A DNA stretch of 64,000 bases from an uncultured delta proteobacterium (GTDB taxonomy: Bacteria > Myxococcota_A > Polyangia > Fen-1088): assembly GCA_963796685.1 (NCBI GenBank), contig CAWCMR010000009.1:288001-352000 (forward strand), written 5' to 3'. Positions within the stretch are counted from its first letter, which is position 1. Every line of letters begins with the position of its first letter. The position numbers and the translations under genes are program-made. The notes below the pieces were generated by a model. It was not told the DNA's origin and made no database searches. It saw nothing but the letters and a program-made list of their open reading frames with translations. Positions 9,914 to 19,678 of this stretch are shown piece by piece.

Positions 9914-12900
9914 CGCATGCACTGGCTCCTCGTCGTCGTCCTCGTGCGGTGCGCGGCGTTTGGCGAAGCGATCGAGCAGGGTGTAAAGCGCGGGCACCAG
10001 GAACAGGGTGAAGAAGGTGGAAACCATGAGCCCGCCGATGACCGCGCGGGCGAGCGGCAGGTTGGTTTCGCTGCCCTCGCCGATGCCGAGGGCCATGGGC
10101 AGCAGGCCGAGGACCGTCGCCACGGTGGTCATCATGATGGGACGCAGGCGGGTGCGGCCGGCCTCGATGGTCGCCTCCTTGAGCTCCTTGCCCCGCCGCC
10201 GCAGCACGTTGGCGAAGTCGACCAGGAGGACGCCGTTCGACACCACGATACCGACCATCATGATGATGCCCATGAAGCTGTTCACGCTCAACTTGGTCTG
10301 GGTGAGAAACAGCATGATAAAGACGCCCGAGATGCCGAGGGGCACGCTGAACATGATGACCAGGGGATCGATGAGCGACTTGAATTGGCTGGCCAGCACC
10401 ATGTACACGAGCAGAAGCGCCATGATGGCCGCGAAGATCAGCCCGCGAAAAGCCTTCTTCTGCTCCAGGGTCTGCCCGCCCAAGGTCGCGGAAAAGCCGT
10501 CGGGCGGCTGCAACTGATCGACGGCGCCTTGGACCGCCTGGCTGGCGGCACCGAGATCGGAATCGGGGGCGACGTTGGCGGTCACATGGATGATGCGCTG
10601 GAGGTACTTGCGATCGATCATGACCGGGCCGCTGCGCCGGTCGATGTGTGCCAGGGTGTCGACCGTGACGATGCCGCCCGCGGGTGAGCGCACGAACATG
10701 TCGCCCAGGTCCGACACGTGTCCGCGATCTTTGTCCCCCATGCGCACGTTGATGTAGTACTCGTTGCCGGTCTTGGGATCGGTGTAGGGCACCGGCGTGA
10801 TTTGCGTGTTGCCGAGCAACCCCACCAAAATGGTCTGCGCCACGTCCTGTTCCGAGACGCCCAGCATACCGGCCTTCTCGCGATCCACGTTCACGTCGAA
10901 CTCGGGGCTGTTCTCCTCGCGCGAGGATTGCACGTCGACCACGAGCGGCCGCCCCTCGGCATCGGTGAGTGTGCGCATCTTGGCCATTAACCGGTCGGCG
11001 TATTGCGAGCCGGCGTCGAAGTCGTAGCCGAGGATCTCGACGTCGATGGGCGCCGCGGCCCCGAAATTCTGGATGCGCTTCACGATGCCGCCGATGAAGA
11101 AATACGCCTGCGTTCCCGGAATCGCATCTTTGAGCCCCGAGCGCACCTTCTCCGCTGCCGCGACGTCCGAAAGCGAGCGATCCGTTCTCGGCACGAGGTA
11201 CACCTGTAGGCTACCCGAATGGGTGCCGGTGTTGCTGCTGAAGATCGCGGTCCGCCCCTGGGGCAGCCCCGTGTCGGTGAGCATGGTCGTGTACAGCGGC
11301 ACCTCCTTGCCGCCCTGGCGAAGCGGAGCGAGTTGGTCTTCGACCACCTTTTCGAGCCGCTTCGTGATCTCTTCCGTGCGCTCGACGCGCGTGCCGATGG
11401 GCGCCTTGTAGGTGATGGTGAACTGCGATTCGTCGGCATCGGGGAAGAACTCGCTGCCGATGAAGCGCTTGAGAGAAAGGCTGCCGACGAAGAACAGGAG
11501 GATCCCCAACACCGTGAGGCCGCGATGGGAGAGCACCCAGCGCAATACGCCCGCGTAGGCGAGATCGAGTCGATCGAAAAAGCCCGTGACCAAGGCGCCG
11601 ATGCCCTTCGACTTGCGCTCCTGCGCGCCTTCCTTGAGCCAGTAATAACAAAGCAGCGGCGTGACGGTTCGCGAGACCCAGAAGCTCATGGTGAGGGCGA
11701 ACGAAATGGTGAGCGCCAGCGGCAGGAAGAGGTAGCGGGCAATGCCGGACATGAACAGGACGGGAAAGAACACCACGATGGTCGTGATGGTCGACACCAA
11801 GATGGGCATGGCCACTTCCTGGGCGGCCAGGAGCACTGCCTGCTTGCGATTCTGTCCCGAGGCCAGGTGGCGATGGATGTTCTCGAGCTCGACGATGGAG
11901 TCGTCGACCAGGCGCCCGACCCCGAGCGCAAGGCCGCCCAGGGTGAAGACGTTCAAGGTCTGGTTGGTGAAGAAGAGCAGCATGAAGGTGGCCACGATGG
12001 ACAGCGGGATGGCCACGGCGATGATGGCGGTGGCGCGGATGTTCATCAGAAAGACGAGAATGACCAAAATGGCCAAGAAACCGCCCTGCACGGCCTCGTG
12101 TTGCAGCGCCGCCACCGCCGACCGGATGTAGGCCGACTGGTCGAAGGAAATGTCCAGCTTCACGTTGCTCGGCACCCCGCGCAGCTTGGGAATGGCCGCG
12201 CGCACGGCGTCCACCGTGGCGATGGTATTGGCGCCCGGTTGCTTGAGCACACGCAGGAACACCCCCCGCCGGCCGTTGATGCGCACGATCTCGGTCTGAT
12301 CCGCCGAGAGATCCTCGACCTTGGCCACGTCGGAGACTCGCACGATGCCCTGGCCCTGCCCGGGCGAGGCCGCGGTGGAGCGAACGATGACGTGGCGCAA
12401 GGGCTCCACGTCGGGAACCTGGGTGTTGGTGAAGACGTTGTAGTCCCGATTCCCGGTGCGCAAGCTTCCGCTCGGCAAGAGCAGGTTGGAATTGCGAACC
12501 GAATTGGCCAGGTCGAGGATGCCGACACCGCGCGCCCGCATCGCGCTCCGGTCGGCCATGACCTCGATCTCGCGCACCTTTCCCCCGCTGACCGAGGCGC
12601 TGGCCACGCCCTGGATGCGCTCGATTTGAGGCTCGATGGTGTTGTAGGACAGGTCGTAAAGCTGCTTCTCGTCGAGGTCGTCGCTGGACACGGTCACGGC
12701 CACGACGGGGATGTTGGTGATATCGAACTTGAGCACGAAGGGCTGCTGAATTCCCGGTGGCAGGGTGTTCAGGATCTGCGCGATTCGCTGCGAAACCTCG
12801 AACTGGGCGTTGTCCAGGTTGGTGCCGTAGTTGAACCACACGCTGATGAGCGACACCCCCTGCTTGGACGAGCTTTCGACCCGGTCCACACCCGGCGAGG

Positions 12901-13117
12901 CGCTCACCGCGCGTTCGATGGGCTGGGTGATGGACTTCTCGATGTCCTCCGGCCCGGCCCCCGTATAGAAGGTCGCGATGCGGATGACGGGGATGGTGAT
13001 GTCAGGGAAAAGATCGACCGAGAGATTGTTGAGAGACACCACGCCCAGCACGATGAGCATGAGCGACAGCATCAAAATGAAAACCGGATTCTTGAGCGCG
13101 AGCCGTGTGAGCCACAT
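9911..13117 (-). CDS. RND efflux transporter permease subunit (AcrB/AcrD/AcrF family)
   Basis: 1068 aa; 12-TM pattern, GRLVDDSIVELENI and RLRPIMMT. Confidence 0.95.
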   Translation of the reverse strand: MWLTRLALKNPVFILMLSLMLIVLGVVSLNNLSVDLFPDITIPVIRIATFYTGAGPEDIEKSITQPIERAVSASPGVDRVESSSKQGVSLISVWFNYGTNLDNAQFEVSQRIAQILNTLPPGIQQPFVLKFDITNIPVVAVTVSSDDLDEKQLYDLSYNTIEPQIERIQGVASASVSGGKVREIEVMADRSAMRARGVGILDLANSVRNSNLLLPSGSLRTGNRDYNVFTNTQVPDVEPLRHVIVRSTAASPGQGQGIVRVSDVAKVEDLSADQTEIVRINGRRGVFLRVLKQPGANTIATVDAVRAAIPKLRGVPSNVKLDISFDQSAYIRSAVAALQHEAVQGGFLAILVILVFLMNIRATAIIAVAIPLSIVATFMLLFFTNQTLNVFTLGGLALGVGRLVDDSIVELENIHRHLASGQNRKQAVLLAAQEVAMPILVSTITTIVVFFPVLFMSGIARYLFLPLALTISFALTMSFWVSRTVTPLLCYYWLKEGAQERKSKGIGALVTGFFDRLDLAYAGVLRWVLSHRGLTVLGILLFFVGSLSLKRFIGSEFFPDADESQFTITYKAPIGTRVERTEEITKRLEKVVEDQLAPLRQGGKEVPLYTTMLTDTGLPQGRTAIFSSNTGTHSGSLQVYLVPRTDRSLSDVAAAEKVRSGLKDAIPGTQAYFFIGGIVKRIQNFGAAAPIDVEILGYDFDAGSQYADRLMAKMRTLTDAEGRPLVVDVQSSREENSPEFDVNVDREKAGMLGVSEQDVAQTILVGLLGNTQITPVPYTDPKTGNEYYINVRMGDKDRGHVSDLGDMFVRSPAGGIVTVDTLAHIDRRSGPVMIDRKYLQRIIHVTANVAPDSDLGAASQAVQGAVDQLQPPDGFSATLGGQTLEQKKAFRGLIFAAIMALLLVYMVLASQFKSLIDPLVIMFSVPLGISGVFIMLFLTQTKLSVNSFMGIIMMVGIVVSNGVLLVDFANVLRRRGKELKEATIEAGRTRLRPIMMTTVATVLGLLPMALGIGEGSETNLPLARAVIGGLMVSTFFTLFLVPALYTLLDRFAKRRAPHEDDDEEPVHA

Positions 13118-13147
13118 GGGGTGTTACTGCCTGAAATTCCGCGACAT

Positions 13148-14371
13148 CTAGTTGCGCCCCGGCACATGCCCCGCGGAACGGTCGGCCTCGACAGGCGGAG
13201 GCGCGCCTGGCCCGGTGGACGCCCCGCTGTACGGGTTCACGCCGCGGGCCACCCGCACCGTGGTCCCATCGGCCAGACCGTCGGCGCCAGCAATGACCAC
13301 TTCCTCCCCCGCGGCGAGCCCCGACTTGACCTCCAGGGCCGCTCCGTCGTCGACATCGGTCCCCGTGGTGATGGCTCGCCGCTCGACCTTGGTGCCTTGA
13401 AGCACGAACACGTACTTCTGTTGCGACGAAATCTGCACGGCATCCACCAGCACGACCGGCGCATGGGGATGCGTCTCGAGCAAGATCGATCCGCGCCCGT
13501 ACATGCCGGGCCGCAGCTCACCCGCGTCGTTGGGAAGTTGCACCTCGGCCTCCAACGTGCGGGTCAAGGGATTGAAGGCCGGCGCCACGCGCACGACCTT
13601 GCCCATGAACCTGCGCCCGGGCAAGGCGTCCACCTCCACGTGCGCGTCCATGCCGACGGCGACCCCCATGGCATCGGTCTCGTTGAGGGTCAGGAACACG
13701 CGCAACCGGTCCATGCGCACCACGGTGATGATGGCTCCGCCGCCCGGCGGTCCGACCAGCGCACCCGGATCGAGGCGCCGGGCTGAGACATAGCCCGTGA
13801 TGGGCGAGGTGATGCGCGTTTCGCCGAGCCGAATGGCCAAACCCGAAATCTGGGCCTGTGCCGAGGCCTCGGCGGAATTGGCGGAAGCCAACGCGGCGCT
13901 CGCCGACTGAAGCTCCTGTTGGCTGACCACGCCCGAGGGCGCCAGCTTGCTGGCCCGTTCGTAGTTGGTTCGAGCCAGCGCTGCCTGGGCCTTGATCTGG
14001 CCGATACTGCTGCGCGCCGCGGCGAGCTGATCGGGCAGGTCGCTCGGCCGCACCAGCGCCACGATTTGGCCCCGTTTCACGTGGTCGCCGCGATCCACGA
14101 AGACCGCATCGACGTAGCCGAGAACCTTCGAACCGATATCGACCTGCTCGAGCGGCCTCAAATCCACGGGCGAGTGAACCTCCACCGGAACGTCGCGGGC
14201 GACCACCTTGGCAACCACGACCGAGGGCGCCAAGCGGGTCTTGGAGGCGCCGCTCGATTGGGCCTTGCCGCAACCCGTGGCGGCGAGCACGACGAAAACG
14301 GAAAGACAGCCGGCGATCGACGAGCATCGGCCAGCGGATTTGCGACGGACAGCGAACAACATCGTGGCCAA
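13148..14371 (-). CDS. RND membrane fusion (periplasmic adaptor) lipoprotein
   Basis: Lipobox LAATGC; VDRGDHVKRGQ, ITSPITG and LRPGMY; directly upstream of the RND permease. Confidence 0.9.
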   Translation of the reverse strand: MATMLFAVRRKSAGRCSSIAGCLSVFVVLAATGCGKAQSSGASKTRLAPSVVVAKVVARDVPVEVHSPVDLRPLEQVDIGSKVLGYVDAVFVDRGDHVKRGQIVALVRPSDLPDQLAAARSSIGQIKAQAALARTNYERASKLAPSGVVSQQELQSASAALASANSAEASAQAQISGLAIRLGETRITSPITGYVSARRLDPGALVGPPGGGAIITVVRMDRLRVFLTLNETDAMGVAVGMDAHVEVDALPGRRFMGKVVRVAPAFNPLTRTLEAEVQLPNDAGELRPGMYGRGSILLETHPHAPVVLVDAVQISSQQKYVFVLQGTKVERRAITTGTDVDDGAALEVKSGLAAGEEVVIAGADGLADGTTVRVARGVNPYSGASTGPGAPPPVEADRSAGHVPGRN

Positions 14372-14488
14372 GACTTATTCCTGAAAACGACGAAGTGCAA
14401 CAGCGGCTTCCGCAGGAAAAGCGGGGTCATCCGTCGTCGCCGACCTTTCGCCCGGCGCCGGCGCCAGGGTGCGCTATGCTGCCCCCCC

Positions 14489-16342
14489 GTGAGAATCGCG
14501 GTCGCCTTGGTTGTGCTGGCGCTCGGCGCGGGTTGTCGCAGCCCGGCCGCAGCCGTGAACACCGGCATGCCCCCGGTCCAAGCAACCCGCAGCAACATCC
14601 TGCGCGCCGACTACGTCGGCTCCGCGGCCTGCGCGCCCTGCCACGCGGACATCTACGCCAAGTGGAACGCGTCTCCCATGCGCAAGATGACCCGCGACCC
14701 GGATCGGGCAGAGATTCGCGCCCCCTTCGCCGGCGAAAGCTTCGATTTCAAGAGCGACCGGGCGACCATGTTCCGGCAAGGCTCCGCGCGCTTCATGCAC
14801 GTGGCTTCGCGCCTGGAGGGCGAGCACCTGTTTCGGGTCACGCGCGTGATCGGCAACCACTACCGCGAGGACTTCGCGGGCGTCGAGGTCGCCGCGACCA
14901 CGGATAGCGTTACGCGTGGCACCGGACCCGAGCTGATTTTGCCCGTTACCTACTATTTTCAAACCCAGGGCTACCGGCCCAAGGGCTACTCGGTGATGAC
15001 GAACGAACGGCCCGGCCTGCACGTGGGCGGCGCATGGAACCAGACCTGCATCTTCTGCCACAACACCGTGCCCATGATCGACACGCTGCTGGGCGCGCTG
15101 GCCGGCCCCTCGGCTCCCGGCTACCAGGGGGTGTCCGTGGACCGCATCCTGCCGCCCGATCGGCGATTCACGTACCGGGTAACCAACGAGGCGGCCTTTC
15201 GCCGAGCGGTGGCGGGCGAGGCGAGCTTCGTGGGGGCCGCGTGGCCGGAGCAAGCGCGCGACGGTCGGCAAGTGGCACGCGCCGGGATCCACGCCCTTGC
15301 CAACCACTTCGAAGGCCAGCATCTCATCGACGAGGGCATCGGCTGCGAGGCCTGCCACGGGGGCAGCCGCGAGCATGCCGCCGATCCGCGCGTGCACACC
15401 TCGTTTGGGCCCCGCTCCGATCTTCTGTCCGTCGAGCCGGAGGACGGCGCGACGCCATCGCGCGCCTTACTCATCAACCGCACCTGCGCGCGCTGCCACC
15501 AGGTTCTCTTCTCGCACTATCCTTACACCTGGGAGGGCGGGTTCCGCCGCGGCGGACACCCGGGCGGTAGCTCGGGCACCTCGGGAGAGGCCAGGGATTT
15601 CCTGCTCGGCGGTCCCGCGCGCAACCTGGCCTGCACGGCCTGCCACGATCCCCATACACTCGACAAGCCCGAGCGACTGGCCGCGCTGGCGACCCCGGCC
15701 GGTAACCGCGTGTGCCTGCCCTGTCACACCTCGCTCGGCAGTCCGGAGGTCCTCGCCGAACACGCGCACCACCTGCCGAGCGGACCCGCCGGCTCGTGCG
15801 TGGCCTGCCACATGCCCCGCAAGAACATGGCGCTCGACTATGCCCTCACCCGCTACCACCGCATCGGATCGCCCACCGACCGCGAACGCGTGGAGGGCGA
15901 CCGCCCCCTCGAGTGCGCCTTGTGCCACGTGGACAAGAGCGTGGCCACGCTGGTGGGCGACCTGGAGCGCCTGTGGGGAAAACACTACGATCGGGACAAG
16001 CTGCGCGCGCTCTACGGAGATCTCGCGGGCAATACCCTGCTCGCCACCCTCGAGCGCGGGCGGCCTCACGAGCAAGTTGCGGCGGCCATGGTGCTGGCCG
16101 AGCACAAGGTGAGCGCGGCGGCGCCCGAAGTGGCACACCTGCTCGCCAGCCCCTATCCGCTGGCCCGCCGCTTCGCCGCCCAGGCGCTGGCATCCATGCT
16201 GGACAAGCCCTGCCCCGTCGACGTCGATGCCACCGCCATGGAAATCGAGCAGGCGCTGGCCCGCTGCGGGCTAGCCCCGACGGATCCGCGCCCGGCCGCC
16301 CCCCAAAGCCATGGGAAAGGAGACCCGGGCGACGAGGACTGA
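14489..16342 (+). CDS. Multiheme (8 CxxCH) cytochrome c lipoprotein with C-terminal HEAT-like helices
   Basis: Lipobox LGAGC after GTG 14489; heme motifs CAPCH, CIFCH, CEACH, CARCH, CTACH, CLPCH, CVACH and CALCH. Confidence 0.85.
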   Translation: MRIAVALVVLALGAGCRSPAAAVNTGMPPVQATRSNILRADYVGSAACAPCHADIYAKWNASPMRKMTRDPDRAEIRAPFAGESFDFKSDRATMFRQGSARFMHVASRLEGEHLFRVTRVIGNHYREDFAGVEVAATTDSVTRGTGPELILPVTYYFQTQGYRPKGYSVMTNERPGLHVGGAWNQTCIFCHNTVPMIDTLLGALAGPSAPGYQGVSVDRILPPDRRFTYRVTNEAAFRRAVAGEASFVGAAWPEQARDGRQVARAGIHALANHFEGQHLIDEGIGCEACHGGSREHAADPRVHTSFGPRSDLLSVEPEDGATPSRALLINRTCARCHQVLFSHYPYTWEGGFRRGGHPGGSSGTSGEARDFLLGGPARNLACTACHDPHTLDKPERLAALATPAGNRVCLPCHTSLGSPEVLAEHAHHLPSGPAGSCVACHMPRKNMALDYALTRYHRIGSPTDRERVEGDRPLECALCHVDKSVATLVGDLERLWGKHYDRDKLRALYGDLAGNTLLATLERGRPHEQVAAAMVLAEHKVSAAAPEVAHLLASPYPLARRFAAQALASMLDKPCPVDVDATAMEIEQALARCGLAPTDPRPAAPQSHGKGDPGDED

Positions 16343-16352
16343 CGCGCGCAAC

Positions 16353-16380
16353 GGAACTTACATGAGTCTGTGGCATCCTA
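16353..16380 (+). promoter_or_regulatory. Putative ECF (RpoE-like) promoter for the dksA-like/bcp pair
   Basis: GGAACTT-N16-TCCTA, ending 7 nt before GTG 16388. Confidence 0.35.
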
Positions 16381-16387
16381 GGGGGGC

Positions 16388-16777
16388 GTGAAGGCCTCCG
16401 AACGAACCCATTGGAAACAGCGACTGCTTGCCTTGCGCGCCGGGATCCTGGCGGAGGGCGATGTGGCCATCGAGCCCGTGCGCAAAGACGACGTGCGGGC
16501 GGGCAGCGACGAGGACGGACAGCCGCTCGTGGAGATGAGTCAGGTCATCGCCTCGAAACGCAACCGCGCGCGCACCGAGTCCCTTGGCCGCGTGAACAAA
16601 GCCCTGGCCCGCCTCGAGAAAGAGCCGGAGACGTTCGGTCTGTGCCGCGAATGCGAAGAGCCGATCGGCAAGCGCCTGGAAGCCGTGCCCTACGCCGAGC
16701 TTTGTGTCGAATGCCAGCAGACCAGCGACGGCGGCCGCAAGCCTGACCGCCGCCGACATCTGCTGGATTTCAAATGA
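16388..16777 (+). CDS. TraR/DksA family C4 zinc-finger protein
   Basis: Coiled-coil, then FGLCRECEEPIGKRLEAVPYAELCVECQ. Confidence 0.9.
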   Translation: MKASERTHWKQRLLALRAGILAEGDVAIEPVRKDDVRAGSDEDGQPLVEMSQVIASKRNRARTESLGRVNKALARLEKEPETFGLCRECEEPIGKRLEAVPYAELCVECQQTSDGGRKPDRRRHLLDFK

Positions 16778-16787
16778 AGGAGAACGC

Positions 16788-17261
16788 ATGAATAAGATCG
16801 ATGTGGGCAAGAAAGCCCCCGCATTCACCTTGCAAGACGAGGACGGCGCCAAGGTGGCGCTCTCGAGCCTGGCCGGTCAGTGGGTCGTGCTCTATTTCTA
16901 TCCCAAGGACGACACCCCCGGGTGCACCGTGGAGGCCTGCGAGTTCACCGCCGGGCTCTCCCAATTCGAGAAGCTGGAAGCCACCGTGCTCGGCTGCAGC
17001 CGGGATACCCCCGAGAGCCACCGCCAGTTCATCGCCAAGCACAAGCTCAAGATCAAGCTGCTGTCCGATCCCGAGCACGAGGTCATGGAGAAGTACGGCG
17101 CCTGGGGTGAGAAGACCAACTACGGCAAGACCAGCATGGGCGTGATTCGCTCGACGGTCCTCATCGATCCCTCGGGCAAGGTCGCATACCACTGGCCCAC
17201 GGTAAAGGCGGCCGGGCACGCCGAGCAGGTGCGCGCCAAGCTGGCCGAGCTCGCCCATTGA
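16788..17261 (+). CDS. bcp: Peroxiredoxin Bcp/PrxQ
   Basis: LYFYPKDDTPGCTVEAC motif; AAGGAG RBS before ATG 16788. Confidence 0.95.
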   Translation: MNKIDVGKKAPAFTLQDEDGAKVALSSLAGQWVVLYFYPKDDTPGCTVEACEFTAGLSQFEKLEATVLGCSRDTPESHRQFIAKHKLKIKLLSDPEHEVMEKYGAWGEKTNYGKTSMGVIRSTVLIDPSGKVAYHWPTVKAAGHAEQVRAKLAELAH

Positions 17262-17277
17262 GCACCAGGGCGGGTGG

Positions 17278-18405
17278 CTAATTGCAATAGCCGACGACGT
17301 AGGCGCCCGCGTATTCGGGCGGGCTCCACGTAAACTGGCAGGTGGTCCCGCTTGGACAGTCGCCGGCCGACAGACAGTAGCGCGTGCAGACCCCCGAGGT
17401 CGTGCAGTAGGAACCGGCGGGACAGTCGGCTTCTGCGGCGCAGGTCGACCCGGCTGCCAGCGGGCTCGCCTTGAAGCAATAGCTCACGCCACCCGTGTCG
17501 GAAGAGCAATTGAAACCGCTCGGGCAGGCGACAAGCGGGGCCGTGGGCGATTGTGGATGGGCGGGATCGCAGATCCGCTCGCACACCATGACCCCCAGGA
17601 TATCGGTCTTGTCGGATGACCACACTGTCTGGTCACAGCTCCTCACGCCGCCGATGGACGGGCAATCGCCGGTACTGCCGCAATAGCGCTTGCAGGTGCC
17701 GCCAAAACAGCCCAATCCGGCCTGACACGAGAGTCCTCCCGTGCAATCCGCCCCCTCGGCCAGGTTGTTGGCCGTGAAGCACGCCATAGATTGCGTGGTC
17801 GACGACGGATAGCAAACCTGGCCCGAGGCACATCCGCAGGATGGATAGGGGGTACAGTTTCCGCCCGCGGCGGGGGGGGTGCAACATTGCCCCGCGTAGC
17901 ATTGCTGGCCTGTCGAACAGGGGGTCGCGCAGGGGCTGATCGTGTCGCGACCCAGGGTATCGGGGGCGAGGTCGGCCGTGCGGACATCGCGGAGGACACT
18001 GGCGTCACGAATGACGCCGGCGTCGCCGATTCCGCCACCCCCGGTGCTGCCCCCGCTGCCCGCGACCCCCGTGGCGAGGCACGCGTCCCCATTGCAATCC
18101 GGGACGTACCCAGACGAAGCGCATATGACGTTGCCAGGGTGTTTGGCCGTCCCACAATAAGTCACCGTCGAGCAGGCCCCCGGCTGGGCCCAGCAGGTAT
18201 CGGATTGAGAACAATAGAAACCGCTGCCCGAGCCACAAGACAGAGTCTCGTTGTCGACGCAATAGTGGGTGGCGTTGGTTCCGTCGTCGGAGCAACTGTA
18301 GCCGCTCGGGCATTCTTTCTTGTCCGAGCACTGGGTCTTGCCGCTGGTGTAATTGGGGCCGCAGCCGGCGAGAACAACGAAAACGAAAAGTCGATCGTAT
18401 TTCAT
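17278..18405 (-). CDS. Cys-rich secreted lipoprotein (myxobacterial type)
   Basis: Lipobox VLAGC; many CxxxxxCPxGxxC modules; Gly-rich/DAG linker. Confidence 0.8.
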   Translation of the reverse strand: MKYDRLFVFVVLAGCGPNYTSGKTQCSDKKECPSGYSCSDDGTNATHYCVDNETLSCGSGSGFYCSQSDTCWAQPGACSTVTYCGTAKHPGNVICASSGYVPDCNGDACLATGVAGSGGSTGGGGIGDAGVIRDASVLRDVRTADLAPDTLGRDTISPCATPCSTGQQCYAGQCCTPPAAGGNCTPYPSCGCASGQVCYPSSTTQSMACFTANNLAEGADCTGGLSCQAGLGCFGGTCKRYCGSTGDCPSIGGVRSCDQTVWSSDKTDILGVMVCERICDPAHPQSPTAPLVACPSGFNCSSDTGGVSYCFKASPLAAGSTCAAEADCPAGSYCTTSGVCTRYCLSAGDCPSGTTCQFTWSPPEYAGAYVVGYCN

Positions 18406-18418
18406 GGCAAGACCCCGA

Positions 18419-19678
18419 TTAGAAGCGTCCGCTCAAGGTCGCCCCGGCCACGCCTGGCCCAACCGCCGGCGCCAGCGCCACCGCGGACGAAGAGCTGCCA
18501 CCGGTGGCCCCCACGATGATGGCTGTCGTGAGCAGGGCGGCGCCCGAGCCGTAGCAAACCCATTGCAGGGTGGCGAATTGCTTTCCCTGCTTTTCGACCG
18601 TCGGATCGTATTTTTTCTGCACTTTCGAGAATCGGTCCAGGGCCAGCGCGGTGAAAACCCCACCCGTCACGATCCCGGCCCCGCCCAAGACTCCAAGAAT
18701 CCAGGCCGCGGCCCTCCGCCCGCCACCGCCGCTCGGGGCTGGATTGGATTGATTGGATTGCTTGGCAACCTGGGCAGGATAGCCCCCCTGGGGATAGCCT
18801 GACGGCTGGTAGGTGGGCGGGTAGCCTCCACCCGCGGGTGGAACCTGCGCGGTCGGATAGCCTGGCTGCCCGGGCTGCGGATACTGTTCCTGTGGATAGG
18901 TCGGCGACTGCGCCCCGTACTGCCCCGGTGGATAGGGCTGCGGCTGCGTCCCGTACTGCCCCGGTGGATAGGTCGGCGGCGGCTGCGCCCCGTACTGCCC
19001 CGGTGGATAGGCCGGCTGGGGCTGCGTCCCGTATTGCCCAGGCGTCGGGTTGGCATTTTCGGCGGTTTGTGCGGGCTGCTCCGCCGCGGGCATCGTGGGC
19101 GACGGAGCGGCGGGCACGGCGGGCTGGGCGGGCGCCGTGGCTGCAGGGGTCGGCACCGCCGGCGCGGGGATGGGCACTGGCACCGGCGGAAGGGCGGACG
19201 AGGGGCTCGGTTCCGGGGTCGCCGGAGGCGCCGCGGCCTGGTCACGCAGGCGTTCCATCTCGCCAATCCAACCCTCGACCTCGACGCAATCGTCCGGGGC
19301 CATGTCCTTCTTCCGATGCTCGTAGTCGCGCAAGTTCGAAAGCGCGGGCTCGTAGCGGCGGAGATAGTAATAGCAGGCACCCAAGTTGCGCACGAACACC
19401 AGCATGTCCGGGTAGGCCACGCTCAGCTTGAGGAAGATCTTGGCCGCGTTCTCGTAGTTGCCCTCCTTGTAGAAGCGCATCGCCGTCTTGGCATCGGACT
19501 TCGCATTCTTGTCCATCTCCGCTGCCGCGGCAGGCGCAGCCGTCAGCGGCAAGGTCGTCGTGAAACCAGCAACACAAGAGAGCAGCACGAGCACACGGGT
19601 GAAACCGGGCACTGTCCCCCGACACGCCCCGCGGGACTTCGAGAGAACCATCGGAAGCAACCTCAGTGAACGCGCCAT
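18419..19678 (-). CDS. TPR-domain protein with Pro/Gln/Tyr-rich repeats and C-terminal hydrophobic segments
   Basis: TPR-like region FYKEGNYENAAKIF..NLGACYYYLRRYEPAL; YPPGQYG repeats; two C-terminal hydrophobic segments and LSGRF end; start overlaps the kinase stop. Confidence 0.8.
   Translation of the reverse strand: MARSLRLLPMVLSKSRGACRGTVPGFTRVLVLLSCVAGFTTTLPLTAAPAAAAEMDKNAKSDAKTAMRFYKEGNYENAAKIFLKLSVAYPDMLVFVRNLGACYYYLRRYEPALSNLRDYEHRKKDMAPDDCVEVEGWIGEMERLRDQAAAPPATPEPSPSSALPPVPVPIPAPAVPTPAATAPAQPAVPAAPSPTMPAAEQPAQTAENANPTPGQYGTQPQPAYPPGQYGAQPPPTYPPGQYGTQPQPYPPGQYGAQSPTYPQEQYPQPGQPGYPTAQVPPAGGGYPPTYQPSGYPQGGYPAQVAKQSNQSNPAPSGGGGRRAAAWILGVLGGAGIVTGGVFTALALDRFSKVQKKYDPTVEKQGKQFATLQWVCYGSGAALLTTAIIVGATGGSSSSAVALAPAVGPGVAGATLSGRF
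18892..19042 (-). repeat. Coding tandem repeat, ~36-39 bp unit, encoding (YPP)GQYG(A/T)Q, about four copies
   Basis: CTGCG(C/T)CCCGTACTGCCCCGGTGGATAGG occurs three times plus a degenerate copy. Confidence 0.85.

Noticed and set aside
8312-13786. Long antisense or alternative-frame ORFs (e.g. 8312-9766 +, 11219-13786 +; also 31778-34180 -, 37497-39323 -, 55468-57108 +)
   Set aside because: They are shadow ORFs of high-GC genes, lack recognisable motifs and fully overlap well-supported CDSs.
13919-14488. N-terminal extensions in the ORF track (13919 cytochrome; also 36772-37353 HDOD, 52848 yyaL, 5822 hydrolase, 9715 TolC)
   Set aside because: They overlap neighbouring genes or the MITE; downstream starts fit signal peptides, RBSs or promoters better.
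18892-19042. Direct repeats of ~29 bp resembling a CRISPR array
   Set aside because: Spacers are only 7-10 nt, the period is a multiple of 3, the repeats lie in frame in a CDS, and there are no cas genes.
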